From positions 32,537 to 96,536 of IMG/VR virus record IMGVR_UViG_3300005613_000021: a stretch of 64,000 nucleotides of DNA. One strand, 5' to 3'. Positions within the stretch are counted from its first letter, which is position 1. Every line of letters starts with the position of its first letter. This stretch comes from a virus. The position numbers were made by a program, and so were the translations under genes. Shown one piece after another: positions 48,286 to 58,386 of this stretch. Under the pieces are notes generated by a model that made no database searches, was not told the origin of the DNA, and saw nothing but the letters and a program-made list of their open reading frames with translations.

Positions 48286-48757
48286 TTCGCACCTTGTTTC
48301 TTTGTATGTTTAGCAGAATGTCCGAAAGATTTTTAATTCCATTGGCCATGTACTGTAGACGATCAGCTCTCATTTTGGCATATTTTTTTATTTTATTTAA
48401 TGCGTTGGCATTGTCATTATGCTTAATTGCTTGAGAAGATTTTTCAACATAGCCGTATCCTTTATATGAATTGATTTCATCTGCTATTGTTTCCTTAATA
48501 TTTTCTTCTGCCCAATTACATCTTGCCAATTCTCTGTTTAAGCTTCTTTGAATATGAAAACTAAATTGTCCTAATCTGTATGCTATTTCTCCACAATCTT
48601 GTGGTGTCATAGTCTCTAAAACTTTTCTGTCCATAGAAAAATAATGCTCTAATTCTTCATTAGCAAATTGATCGTTTTTATATTGAGGTAAACCTATGCC
48701 CTTTTCATACTCATCAAGTATTTCGTCCCACTCTTTTACTTTATCTTTAGTGTTCAT
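48275..48757 (-). CDS. Hypothetical helical protein
   Basis: 160-aa ORF coupled to its neighbours between recA and dnaB. Confidence 0.65.
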   Translation of the reverse strand: MNTKDKVKEWDEILDEYEKGIGLPQYKNDQFANEELEHYFSMDRKVLETMTPQDCGEIAYRLGQFSFHIQRSLNRELARCNWAEENIKETIADEINSYKGYGYVEKSSQAIKHNDNANALNKIKKYAKMRADRLQYMANGIKNLSDILLNIQRNKVRNEQ

Positions 48758-49154
48758 TTAATCTATCTTCCCATTCCTGTATACTTAGATTATAAGGCAG
48801 TTCAATATAAGTAATGAAGTTTTTTTCACACCACTCTTGTTTTTGCCTGTCTTTTTTCTGTGCTTTGAGAAAATTTAATTTTGTAGTATGGTAAAACGGA
48901 ATAAACTTATAGTGCTGTTCGCCGTGTACCTCTATACATTTTTTAATCATTGGGATATAAAAATCTAAAAACAATGTATCTTTTCTATTTATAGGTATAG
49001 ATACTTCTTCTAAGATTTGTAAAGTTGGATACTTTGTATGTAACAGTCTTCTTGCCTGAATATGATAAGTCGATTTATTTGTGGCTGTTGCTTTTGATAT
49101 ATATCCTTTTAACTGCCATTTTTTAATATTGTCATCCAGATCAATAATATCCAT
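48747..49154 (-). CDS. Stand-alone Vsr/DUF559-like nuclease
   Basis: LDFYIP...IEVHGEQHY...KKDRQKQEWC...YIELPY. Confidence 0.75.
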   Translation of the reverse strand: MDIIDLDDNIKKWQLKGYISKATATNKSTYHIQARRLLHTKYPTLQILEEVSIPINRKDTLFLDFYIPMIKKCIEVHGEQHYKFIPFYHTTKLNFLKAQKKDRQKQEWCEKNFITYIELPYNLSIQEWEDRLNEH

Positions 49155-50161
49155 TATAAACCCAACGCTTGATTGATTTGTTGAGACAAAGAATCATAAA
49201 CATCGCCATTATTTATTAAAAAGTCTCTTGCTTTTTCTGCTCCTTGAAACTTAGGATTGTCTTCAACAGTTGTGAAGGTATACCAAGCCCCACCCTTATT
49301 AATTAAGCCAATATCTACAGCAAGATTAAACAATTCCATATACTTATCTATACCTTCTCCATACCTAATATAACTTGTGGTTGTTGCTCCAGGAGGCCCA
49401 AGAGCAGAACACACCACTTGCCATTCAACCTCTTGTCCTATTTGTGTGTTTTCTTTTCCTAGTAGCCAAGGACTAAATCTTTTTGCTCTTAGCTTAATGT
49501 CTGTTTGATAAGCAATAGCCTGTCCAGACTTTTCTTTGAATTCAGCACCATATCCAGTAGGATTTCCCATAAGATGTGTAATGCCTATTACTATATTTTT
49601 ATTTACAGGAATAACATTGGCAACTTTTCTGCAAAATTTTGCTAATAGCTTTGCTCCATCAGCTCTTTGCATTTTATTCATATCACTAGTTATTTCTGCC
49701 TCTGTACATAAAGCAGAATATGAGTCTATAATTACGATGCTTCCTGGCTCTTGATTAATAATTTGTTCAGCTATTTGTAGGTATTCTTCTGCATGTAAAA
49801 TTTTCCCTTGAGTAGAACCTATCAGGGTAAATCTGTTTAAGTCTAAACCCTTAATTCCCTCTATATCTCTCTTTTTCAATCTACCTTCGATGTTTAGATA
49901 ATACACATGTCTAGGCTTTTCTAAGCTTCCTTGGTATTTAGGATCCAACGCAGTTGCGGCTAAACTTAAAGAAGTAACTGTTTTACCACATTTGGGCTGC
50001 CCAGTCAATACCACAAAGCTACCTTCTGGAACACCACCCTGCAATGCCATGTCGAGTGCTGGACTAACTGGGATAACTATTGTTTGTTTTTCTTTTATAG
50101 AATTTCCGGAGAGCAATATGTCATCTCCAAAAGTTTTCTTAATTGTTGCTTCAATTGTCAT
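49154..50161 (-). CDS. recA: RecA-family recombinase
   Basis: LDMALQGGVPEG, GQPKCGKT, IIDS, YGEGID, GAWY, FQG. Confidence 0.92.
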   Translation of the reverse strand: MTIEATIKKTFGDDILLSGNSIKEKQTIVIPVSPALDMALQGGVPEGSFVVLTGQPKCGKTVTSLSLAATALDPKYQGSLEKPRHVYYLNIEGRLKKRDIEGIKGLDLNRFTLIGSTQGKILHAEEYLQIAEQIINQEPGSIVIIDSYSALCTEAEITSDMNKMQRADGAKLLAKFCRKVANVIPVNKNIVIGITHLMGNPTGYGAEFKEKSGQAIAYQTDIKLRAKRFSPWLLGKENTQIGQEVEWQVVCSALGPPGATTTSYIRYGEGIDKYMELFNLAVDIGLINKGGAWYTFTTVEDNPKFQGAEKARDFLINNGDVYDSLSQQINQALGL

Positions 50162-50571
50162 TCTAAATCCTTAAGTTTGGATATGATATTTTTCTTTGTT
50201 TTTCCTATCATGTATTTATTGTTTTCTTTTCTTTCATAACTATTATTTAAACTAGTGTTTTCTGATTTAAGCTTTTCTTGTTCTTGCTCTATAATAGCTA
50301 TTAGATGTGGAGCCCTCAAGGAATAAATTTTTAAGCTTTTCGGGCTATTTAAAGCTCTTATTATTGCTTTGCAGTCATATTTTTTTAAAAGTTTATTAGC
50401 AGAACCTATTTGATTTCTATAGTATGATGCCCAGTCTTTATGTGTCCAAAATCTATAATGCAAGTCTAGCTTATTTTTTTTTGCATAGTGCTCGCATATA
50501 ATCTCTGTAATATATTGTGCAGCACTCACTTCCTTATTATTTGAGTACTTTGAAATATATTTGTTATTCAT
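50158..50571 (-). CDS. Hypothetical protein
   Basis: 137-aa ORF, coupled overlaps. Confidence 0.65.
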   Translation of the reverse strand: MNNKYISKYSNNKEVSAAQYITEIICEHYAKKNKLDLHYRFWTHKDWASYYRNQIGSANKLLKKYDCKAIIRALNSPKSLKIYSLRAPHLIAIIEQEQEKLKSENTSLNNSYERKENNKYMIGKTKKNIISKLKDLE

Positions 50572-50899
50572 TAATTTTGTGGATACTGTGGCTGTGACGA
50601 GATACGGGTGTAGATAATGATTTTTTAAATGCGTCTGCTGTTTGAGATGCTTCTTTTGTCATTACTGCTACAGTATTATTTCCTTTAGAGTCTGTTTTCC
50701 TAATCATTAAATCTTTAGATTTCAATGGTCCTGATTTAGTAGTTTGTATAGCATTATTCTTGTTTGGTTTACAGTTTTTTTCGATGAATTTATTTACAAC
50801 ATCTGTAGGTATTTTAAGCTCTTTAACAATTTGTGTAACTTCATTTCCTTCAGACACCATCCATTGAATAGCGTACTTTTGTGATTTATTTAGTCTCAT
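50564..50899 (-). CDS. Hypothetical protein with possible N-terminal HTH
   Basis: EVTQIVKELKIPTDVVNKFI. Confidence 0.55.
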   Translation of the reverse strand: MRLNKSQKYAIQWMVSEGNEVTQIVKELKIPTDVVNKFIEKNCKPNKNNAIQTTKSGPLKSKDLMIRKTDSKGNNTVAVMTKEASQTADAFKKSLSTPVSRHSHSIHKINE

Positions 50900-51285
50900 A
50901 GTAACTCCCTATTTGCGTTATTGAGCCATGCAATATTTTTTGTTCTTAAAAAGGATATATATAAGTCAAAAACTTTTGAATTTACCCTCTTAAAATTAAA
51001 TTCGTTTTTACCTATTTTAGCTAAGACTTTATTTGGTCTGCCCTCTGAAAATAATCCTATAGGATTATATACTCTATTATCTAATCCTATTTTTATAAGG
51101 TGTTGACCATTGATGCTTTTAGCAAATGTATTTTTTGTTTCCCTATTCTGTCTAGTGTTGCCATCACTATCTATAAAATCCTGCATTCCAAATACAGTGT
51201 AGAATTTATCTTCTTTTTTTTTAGTGTGTGTTATATTAGATCTATCTACGGTAAATTCTTCAAATTCTGTCATAATTATCTCCAC
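50896..51285 (-). CDS. Hypothetical protein
   Basis: 129-aa ORF, coupled overlaps. Confidence 0.65.
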   Translation of the reverse strand: MEIIMTEFEEFTVDRSNITHTKKKEDKFYTVFGMQDFIDSDGNTRQNRETKNTFAKSINGQHLIKIGLDNRVYNPIGLFSEGRPNKVLAKIGKNEFNFKRVNSKVFDLYISFLRTKNIAWLNNANRELL

Positions 51286-51617
51286 TTTACTTTATTCTGT
51301 TTTTTAATCCTAGACATGCCCTTTGGCAATTCTTTAGCTAAGTCATTATCTTTATATTCATTATGTTTTTTATCTAATGCTATTCTTTCATCTGAAGAAA
51401 ATCTATCACGATTACGATTAGCTAAGTCTCCTATAGTTTTTAGTTCACTATCGGACTTTTTCACAGACGCAGATTGGCTTAGAACATCCTCAATATAATT
51501 TCTTCTACACGTTTTGTTGCACTTCTTACATTTGGTTTTTTCCTTATAGTCACGTATACTAAAAAAAAGTTCAAAAGCTGTATCGCAAGTTTCGCAAAAA
51601 TAACTATAATTCGGCAT
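51276..51617 (-). CDS. FmdB-family zinc-ribbon protein
   Basis: MPNYSYFCETC...FE...CKKC signature; start moved to 51617 (TAATG overlap with the HNH stop, AGGAG upstream). Confidence 0.8.
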   Translation of the reverse strand: MPNYSYFCETCDTAFELFFSIRDYKEKTKCKKCNKTCRRNYIEDVLSQSASVKKSDSELKTIGDLANRNRDRFSSDERIALDKKHNEYKDNDLAKELPKGMSRIKKQNKVKWR

Positions 51618-52186
51618 TATCCTATCAAGTCTCCTATGTAAGTATGCCATTGCTCTGGTAGGTCATGCAATATAGTATCCAATTGGTATGCTAATGGCAA
51701 GTATTTTAAAGTTTTTTTTGGAATAAAAGGCTCTTTCTTTAATGGCATATTTGCTTGTTGTGGTGTTTTATTTGATTTTTTTAAATTACAATGAATACAA
51801 GCTGTAACTATATTTGTCCAACAAGTTGGGCTACAGCTTTCTTTCCAAATTGATTTTGGTATTACATGGTCATATGTTAATTTATTTATAGAAAACTTTT
51901 TATTGCAATATTGACACGTAAAATTATCTCTAATAAAAACATTTTTACGTGAAAAATTAACATCCTTATTGAGAATCTTAAAATACTTTTTAGTTTTAAT
52001 AATAGATGGGATACTTATAGGTCCATTACAACCAATAACTGTATCTGTATTATGATATTCTATAATGTCTATGTTTTCAAAATAATCGTGACTATATCTA
52101 AAAAACCATATCATGGCTTTTTTCCAATCTATGATTTTTATTGGAGTATAGTCAGCATTTAATACTAGACAATTTTTATGTGTCAT
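51617..52186 (-). CDS. HNH endonuclease (McrA-like)
   Basis: LVLNADY, RDNFTCQYC, LTYDHVIP, NIVTACIHCN. Confidence 0.92.
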   Translation of the reverse strand: MTHKNCLVLNADYTPIKIIDWKKAMIWFFRYSHDYFENIDIIEYHNTDTVIGCNGPISIPSIIKTKKYFKILNKDVNFSRKNVFIRDNFTCQYCNKKFSINKLTYDHVIPKSIWKESCSPTCWTNIVTACIHCNLKKSNKTPQQANMPLKKEPFIPKKTLKYLPLAYQLDTILHDLPEQWHTYIGDLIG

Positions 52187-52917
52187 TGTAATTTGTAAAC
52201 GATATCCGCAATGATTGGATTTCTAATGATATCTGTAGTTTCTAGAGCAGAAAAACCTATATTTTTGGTATCTTGTAATTTATTTATTATTGTTTGAAAA
52301 CCACCCTTTTTTCTATCTTCTAAATCTGACTGTTCAGTATCTCCAGTAAGAATCATTTTACTATCCATTCCAATTCTTGTCAATAGCATTTTTAGTTGAT
52401 CGTAAGAAGCATTTTGACATTCATCTGCTACTATGAAAGCATTATGAAAACTTCTACCTCTCATAAGGCCAAGTGGAACTATCTCTATTTGATGTGTATT
52501 TTGTAATTTTCCACGATGTCTATCAGATAGAAAATAATTAATCTCATCAAACAATGGCAACAAATAAGGATGCAATTTTTCTTCAGCTGTTCCAGGTAAA
52601 AACCCTAGTTTTTCTCCAGCTTCTACAATAGGTCTTGTAATTATTACCTTTTTAATTTTGTGATCAAGCAAATATTCTAATGCCATACCAACTGCGATAT
52701 GTGTTTTACCAGACCCAGCAATACCTTGACAGAAAGTAATAGTATTTTCAGCTACTGTTCTAATATACTCTTTCTGATTAATTGTTCTAGGCTTTAGTCT
52801 ATTTTTAAAACCTACTATAATTTCTTCAGGTTTTTCAAATCTGTCTTTTTTATTGTCTAGAACACTAAAATTTTTATTGGTATTATTGCGATTTTTTCTT
52901 TTTCTCAAGGTAACCAC
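52183..52917 (-). CDS. phoH: PhoH-family ATPase
   Basis: GIAGSGKT, LGFLPG, MRGRSF, DECQN, LTRIG, GDTEQSD, IRNP. Confidence 0.95.
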   Translation of the reverse strand: MVTLRKRKNRNNTNKNFSVLDNKKDRFEKPEEIIVGFKNRLKPRTINQKEYIRTVAENTITFCQGIAGSGKTHIAVGMALEYLLDHKIKKVIITRPIVEAGEKLGFLPGTAEEKLHPYLLPLFDEINYFLSDRHRGKLQNTHQIEIVPLGLMRGRSFHNAFIVADECQNASYDQLKMLLTRIGMDSKMILTGDTEQSDLEDRKKGGFQTIINKLQDTKNIGFSALETTDIIRNPIIADIVYKLQ

Positions 52918-52936
52918 CTTTCAGGACAGAATAGGT

Positions 52937-55135
52937 TTAAATTAAACATGCTCCACCAGCACAACTAATCTCTTCTATTCCAGCGGTATTGTCCTCGGTT
53001 TCATGTAGTTGTGTATAATCAACCTTGGTAAAACTATTATATAGGTCAGTATAAATTTTCCAATTATATACATCTTTCATACAATAAGTTAAACGCCTAA
53101 TATCGTCGTTAAAATACTTTTTAGCAAACCTCCTCATTTTAGTGGCAAACATTTTTTTATCTTCACCGTCTTTGTCTGTTTCTTGATTTAATGTCATGTA
53201 GTCACACGATGCCCACAGGTTATTGTTGAAGGCGTTCAAGCCCAATTCAATTAAGCCAGAACACCACAACGCAGCATCTCCATATTCTTTAACAATCTCT
53301 CTGCTTGTATAAACAGTAGTAAATGGCGCCTGGGGATAGTCTTTGTCTCCGCTTTGAGGAATAAGACTGATACCTGCAAAATATTTGCGATTGTCATAAA
53401 TATATTTGGTTACATCTTCCCATTCTTCTGTCTTAACCGTAACAGTATTGCTAACGTTGTGACAAAGATAATCTTGAGTACATAAAGATCTATTTTTACC
53501 TGACTGTACCCAATTTTTTTGAGTATCTTTAACAACTGCAAGCATCTCTACGGCAGGAAGCTGATTTTTTAATTTAGAACCATCTGGAACTTCTATTGGG
53601 AATTTAATAACTTCATCAGTATTATTAGCAGACCAAGCAGATTTCTCACATGCATGAGGGTTATAGCTTTTAAAATATTGATAAGGAGGCTCTAGCACGT
53701 TGGCTTGTACATGCCTAATATATCTTTTTGCATGATGTGGATGTATACCTGAACTAGTGCCAAGCATAGAGCTAGATGTTCCCTCTGGCTTTAAACAAGT
53801 AACTCTTGCTGCCTGATTTATTTCTATCTTTTTAGACATTTCTTTGTTTGTTTCTACAGCAATTTTGGCACCAGCTTTTAATACCTTTTCTGTTAGTATT
53901 AAATCGTGCTTTTCCATTATTCCTGTCATTGAAACTCCAAGGAGAGCCTCTCTCTCGAAAATTTCTTCACTGTTTTTACCCAAATATTCTAATCCTGTAA
54001 ATCCAGCCTGTAAAGTACCTATCAACGCAGCTGCTTTGCATCTTTCATAAAAATCATCTTCATCTGCAATAGAAGAACAATTAATAGTGCTAAGATTGCA
54101 TCCTTGCCATCCTGATTCTCCTGTTTTTTCATTAACAGGCCACAGCGAGATTTCAACGCAAGGGTTGAAAACCATTTCTGTTGAATCGCCCCAAATAAAT
54201 CCTGGTTCTCCAAATTCTTTAACGCTCTCCATGAGATTTTTAAAATCTTCATACGAAGTACCATCTTTTAATAATAATGCCGAATTATTGCTTCTGGCTC
54301 TCTGTGGATTATCTATATACCAATTGCCGGTTTTAGCCTTTGCCATTTCTTCATCGTCTGCGCTGAACAAAGCCAAAGACGCACTTCTGCGCACGCCGCC
54401 CGATAACACAGCATCGCTACTGTGCATAACAATATCATAAGCATCAATGGGTCTGAGTTTTTTTTGTTCATTTGCTACACACCTGTCTAATAGTTCTCTA
54501 ATTTTTTCTAGTCCATTTTGTAATGGTTCAAAGCCTGGGGCTTTTCCAACACCAGACGTTAATGGAGAACCCTTTGGTCGTATTTGAGAATAATCAAAAA
54601 CTATATATTGATCTTTATACTCTTTAAATTTTGGTTCACTTGGCTTATTAAAATAAGAACTTAGCAACACACCAAGAGAATCAGCCCAACCCTCTATACT
54701 ATCTTCTATTACATATTTTACGCCCTTGTCTTTGTCTTTGGGCGTTTGAGAAAGTGTTGGTAGTTTTGATACATGGTGTTTTTGAACACTAAAGCCGGTA
54801 CCGCTGCCGCACAATAATAGCCAAAAACATTCTTGAAAAAACCTTAAACGATCACAATAACTTGCTGTACAATTATATAGCTTTGAATTACGCTTTAGAA
54901 TAGGATCGCCACCAAATTGCAAACACCTTTGACTACCCAGAATTTTCTTCTTGAACATCAAATCATATGCCCAATTTATTTCTTCGGCAATATTTTTGTC
55001 GGCATATTTGGTATGCATCATATTTCTCACTCTGTCTACGGCCTCTTTCCAAGTTTCTCTGCGACTTTCACTTTCAATCCAACGAGCATACTTACTAACA
55101 AATGTATAATTTTGAAGTTCATTTAGTGCCGACAT
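52937..55135 (-). CDS. nrdJ: Class II (B12-dependent, monomeric-type) ribonucleotide reductase
   Basis: YNC, SGGVRRSA, FNPCVEI, CNL, KPEGT, C-terminal CAGGAC; no adjacent NrdB. Confidence 0.88.
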   Translation of the reverse strand: MSALNELQNYTFVSKYARWIESESRRETWKEAVDRVRNMMHTKYADKNIAEEINWAYDLMFKKKILGSQRCLQFGGDPILKRNSKLYNCTASYCDRLRFFQECFWLLLCGSGTGFSVQKHHVSKLPTLSQTPKDKDKGVKYVIEDSIEGWADSLGVLLSSYFNKPSEPKFKEYKDQYIVFDYSQIRPKGSPLTSGVGKAPGFEPLQNGLEKIRELLDRCVANEQKKLRPIDAYDIVMHSSDAVLSGGVRRSASLALFSADDEEMAKAKTGNWYIDNPQRARSNNSALLLKDGTSYEDFKNLMESVKEFGEPGFIWGDSTEMVFNPCVEISLWPVNEKTGESGWQGCNLSTINCSSIADEDDFYERCKAAALIGTLQAGFTGLEYLGKNSEEIFEREALLGVSMTGIMEKHDLILTEKVLKAGAKIAVETNKEMSKKIEINQAARVTCLKPEGTSSSMLGTSSGIHPHHAKRYIRHVQANVLEPPYQYFKSYNPHACEKSAWSANNTDEVIKFPIEVPDGSKLKNQLPAVEMLAVVKDTQKNWVQSGKNRSLCTQDYLCHNVSNTVTVKTEEWEDVTKYIYDNRKYFAGISLIPQSGDKDYPQAPFTTVYTSREIVKEYGDAALWCSGLIELGLNAFNNNLWASCDYMTLNQETDKDGEDKKMFATKMRRFAKKYFNDDIRRLTYCMKDVYNWKIYTDLYNSFTKVDYTQLHETEDNTAGIEEISCAGGACLI

Positions 55136-55288
55136 ATTTACTCCTTAGAAATAATTGACTTAGCCCTTATTTAAGAATGATTTGGTCATATGATATGATA
55201 AATCGTTAGTTAGAGGAAGCAAGGGCCTAATAAAAATATGGGTTATGCTAATAACATACACCGTTAAACAAAGATGCTAAAACGTTTT

Positions 55289-55750
55289 TTAAAAATCTAT
55301 TTTTCTGATCCAATCGAAGTCTGGTGTAGTGTACACGATTTGTATTTTAGTTTGTTTGACAAAAATATCGAACCTTTCTTTTTCTTTATCGTCAAATAAT
55401 TTTGTTCCATGACTATCTGCCATTACTACCCTGGTGATTCCTTCTTGCCATAAAGCCATGATGCAATCATTACAACTTTGACCAGTTACATAAGCGATAC
55501 CATTATCTGGTCGTATTACGCAATTGCTTAGAGCATTTCTTTCTGCGTGAATCATCCATGAGTATTTTTCTGGACGAGAAGTAGGCAGAAATGAATCATT
55601 CATACCTTTAGGAAAACCATTATAACCAACACTTAAAATTCTGTGTTGTTGATCTGTAATTACGCAGCCGTGTTGAGTGTGTATATCGTGACTTCGTTGT
55701 GAAACAACTTTAGCAAGTCCGAGAAAATAGTCTGTCCAGTTTGGTCTCAT
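55289..55750 (-). CDS. dCMP deaminase
   Basis: RS.D, GYNG, HAERNA, CNDC; start reassigned to MRPNW at 55750. Confidence 0.9.
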   Translation of the reverse strand: MRPNWTDYFLGLAKVVSQRSHDIHTQHGCVITDQQHRILSVGYNGFPKGMNDSFLPTSRPEKYSWMIHAERNALSNCVIRPDNGIAYVTGQSCNDCIMALWQEGITRVVMADSHGTKLFDDKEKERFDIFVKQTKIQIVYTTPDFDWIRKIDF

Positions 55751-55756
55751 ATAAGT

Positions 55757-55785
55757 ATTGTAACCGACAGTAAATAGATAGTCAA
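55757..55785 (-). promoter_or_regulatory. Sigma70-like promoter, probably giving a leaderless dCMP deaminase mRNA
   Basis: Minus strand TTGACT-N17-TACAAT-N6-ATG, no SD. Confidence 0.6.
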
Positions 55786-56528
55786 GAGCGTCTTTTGGCC
55801 ACAATAGACTTGTATAGTCTTTTTTCGGGTTTGTCTAATAAAACATTTTGAATAGGCCATACTTCAATAATATTTTCAATTTTCCATCCGATACTACTTA
55901 TCATCCTATCTATTGTATCTATGCTTAAACTCCACCAAGTTCTTTGGAAATTATTAAATGAGGGCATAAAAGTAGAGCCATTTTTATCAGGAAAAGGATT
56001 GATTAGTACAGCAAATTCTTTAACTCTATATAGCATATTCATTAATACTAATATCGGATCTCTAACATGAGATAACATGGTACCAAAGACCGCCCCATCG
56101 AAACTTTCTAAACATTCTGGTAAATTATCATATATATTGGCGCGATATATTTTGCATTTAGATTTAAATTTTTCGTATGCATAATAATAGGAGTTATACA
56201 TTTTAGTGTGACAATTCAGATGTTTTGCTGGAATATATCCTGGATATTTTAATACATCCCAATAAGAACCATCAGGCATGTCAAAAGAAACTACATCAGC
56301 ACCCAATTTCTCCATCTCAAACGATAGGTAACCAGAGGCTGCTCCCACATCTATAACCCGCTTACCTTCATAATTAATATTGCCTAAATATTCTTTTATA
56401 CAATATCGAAGATCCCAATTTCCGTTTACCATAGTCCCATCCGGAAAATCAAAAGAGTGATAAAATTCGCAATCTTCTAATTTAATATTAGTTTTTGGTT
56501 GTGTGTACATTAGTATTCGTATCTCCAT
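55782..56528 (-). CDS. Class I SAM-dependent methyltransferase
   Basis: GKRVIDVGAASGYLSFEMEKLGA, MLSHVRDP. Confidence 0.88.
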   Translation of the reverse strand: MEIRILMYTQPKTNIKLEDCEFYHSFDFPDGTMVNGNWDLRYCIKEYLGNINYEGKRVIDVGAASGYLSFEMEKLGADVVSFDMPDGSYWDVLKYPGYIPAKHLNCHTKMYNSYYYAYEKFKSKCKIYRANIYDNLPECLESFDGAVFGTMLSHVRDPILVLMNMLYRVKEFAVLINPFPDKNGSTFMPSFNNFQRTWWSLSIDTIDRMISSIGWKIENIIEVWPIQNVLLDKPEKRLYKSIVAKRRS

Positions 56529-57157
56529 TTATCAATAACATATTTTTCTTTATCTGCTACTATATCTATTAGTTCTTGGTTATAAAAATCTTTATAGATA
56601 TAGTCTTTGTTCTTGTTTAGTTGTAATAATTCTATATTTTGAATATTTAAACTATTGCAAAATGTTTTGAAGTCATTTTGTAAGTTTTCAAATTTCTGAA
56701 TATTATTTACTATACATTGACCATTTTCTAAAAAATAATGAGATTGATTAGCAATGGAATTTATATAGTGTTTTAAAATTTTTTTATCACAATTATCATA
56801 ATGTTCTTGAACACTTAAAATACTTTTTAATGCTTTTTTATCTAGTTCATTTATTATTGTAGGGTTTTCTGTGCAATACTTTATGTGTTTATGTGTCCAC
56901 ATAAAATATGAAACATATCTCTGCCAAGGATTTCTTATTCTTACATAGGAAACATATTTGTTCCAATCAAAACCAGAAGCTAATAATTTATGCTTAACAC
57001 TACTAGCAGAATCATGAACATAATACTCTTTATCCATTGATCCATTACCAGATATATCTATATGAATATTAGATCTAAACAAAGTGTTTAAAATGGATAA
57101 AGTTCCCGTTTTAGGTATATTAATAATAATGAATTGATGTTTGTGTGAAATAATCAT
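56510..57157 (-). CDS. Sulfotransferase (Sulfotransfer_2-like)
   Basis: PAPS-binding motifs IPKTGTLSI and RNPWQRYVS; KFENLQNDF; YKDFY. Confidence 0.85.
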   Translation of the reverse strand: MIISHKHQFIIINIPKTGTLSILNTLFRSNIHIDISGNGSMDKEYYVHDSASSVKHKLLASGFDWNKYVSYVRIRNPWQRYVSYFMWTHKHIKYCTENPTIINELDKKALKSILSVQEHYDNCDKKILKHYINSIANQSHYFLENGQCIVNNIQKFENLQNDFKTFCNSLNIQNIELLQLNKNKDYIYKDFYNQELIDIVADKEKYVIDKWRYEY

Positions 57158-57175
57158 ATTATAGTAATTTTCATT

Positions 57176-58144
57176 TTAGTCATAATGATAAGTCTCTATA
57201 CGATAAGCCTTTAAAGGAACGTTGAAAATTTTGCTTGGCCATATTGTGAATCCAGACCCCCAACTGTAAATACTGTAACTAATATTAATTTTACTGTTAA
57301 TTAAACATTCTAGATCTAACGCTAAACAATATGCTTGATTATCAGAAAAACTATGAGAATATGCTTTCGTATATTTTAATAATCCAGGCTTACAAGATGA
57401 ATGAACACTATCAAAATGTGTTATTATGATTTTTGAATTATTTTTTTGAGAAACATACTTTTTAAACTTGTTGCAGTCTGATAGCAATATTATTTTGGAT
57501 AAATTATTATCTTCTAAGTTTCTTTCAATCAAAAAATAAAGAAAATCAAAATCGTGTTCAATTTCTCTTAAATTGTAATTATTCAGTATGTTCTGTGGTA
57601 TCTTTTCTGAAGTTTTTTGAAAATTAGGAAGGGTTTGTCTGTCTCCTAGTCTGAAATGTATTGTTCCATAGTCTTGTATTTTATTAATTGTTTTTTTGTG
57701 TTTTGTTTTTATTTTTTCGCATACTATAAGGTTATTTTTTAGAAAATTCTTAGTATCATCAGGTATGTCATAAGATAGAATTTTTTGTAAAGGATTGTCC
57801 CCATAAATATCTAAATAGTAAGAAGACATTAAAACTGGATTTTTATTATCAGGTTTTGTCTGAGTAGTTTTTTCTGCTATAAGATTTATAATACTTTTTA
57901 GTCTATTGTTGAATGGTCTATTATTCTTTTGTTTAAAAGCCAATTTTTCTACATCTAGTATATAATCCATATTATATGATGATTGTTCACTAGAGCTGAT
58001 ATATTTTCCTATGGTGTGATATTTCCAATCTATAGAAAAATTAATGTCATATTTTTTACACAAGGAGTGAAGATGGACGGATCCCCTTAAAAAATCTCCT
58101 ATACCACCACCAAAATTAGTGTGGTATGTATTAATTATTTTCAT
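57176..58144 (-). CDS. Fucosyltransferase-like GT-B enzyme (GT11/GT23/O-FucT clan)
   Basis: GGGIGD, IHFRLGD (HxRxxD), LLSD, D..L..S, SGF motifs. Confidence 0.65.
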   Translation of the reverse strand: MKIINTYHTNFGGGIGDFLRGSVHLHSLCKKYDINFSIDWKYHTIGKYISSSEQSSYNMDYILDVEKLAFKQKNNRPFNNRLKSIINLIAEKTTQTKPDNKNPVLMSSYYLDIYGDNPLQKILSYDIPDDTKNFLKNNLIVCEKIKTKHKKTINKIQDYGTIHFRLGDRQTLPNFQKTSEKIPQNILNNYNLREIEHDFDFLYFLIERNLEDNNLSKIILLSDCNKFKKYVSQKNNSKIIITHFDSVHSSCKPGLLKYTKAYSHSFSDNQAYCLALDLECLINSKINISYSIYSWGSGFTIWPSKIFNVPLKAYRIETYHYD

Positions 58145-58386
58145 TTAACTATTTTATTGTATACCAGTAGGGCTAAAACAGAGCCTCCGACACCCATAAT
58201 AATCCCCCCAGCACTTAGTACATTCTCCATCCCCAATAAATAAGATATGGCTCCACCCGCATAAGAGCCAGATACTCCTAGTGCTACAGTTTGAAAAAAT
58301 CCCATTTTTTCTTCTCCTGGAACTATGCTTTTGGCAATAGATCCTACAAAAATACCATATATGCACCATATAAAAATATTAATCAT
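58141..58386 (-). CDS. GlsB/YeaQ/YmgE (transglycosylase-associated) small membrane protein
   Basis: GIFVGSIAKSIVPG...LGVSGSYAGG...GGSVLAL; three hydrophobic segments. Confidence 0.85.
   Translation of the reverse strand: MINIFIWCIYGIFVGSIAKSIVPGEEKMGFFQTVALGVSGSYAGGAISYLLGMENVLSAGGIIMGVGGSVLALLVYNKIVK

Noticed and set aside
46441-55135. Inteins in dnaB, recA or nrdJ
   Set aside because: Lengths are normal and no intein blocks are visible
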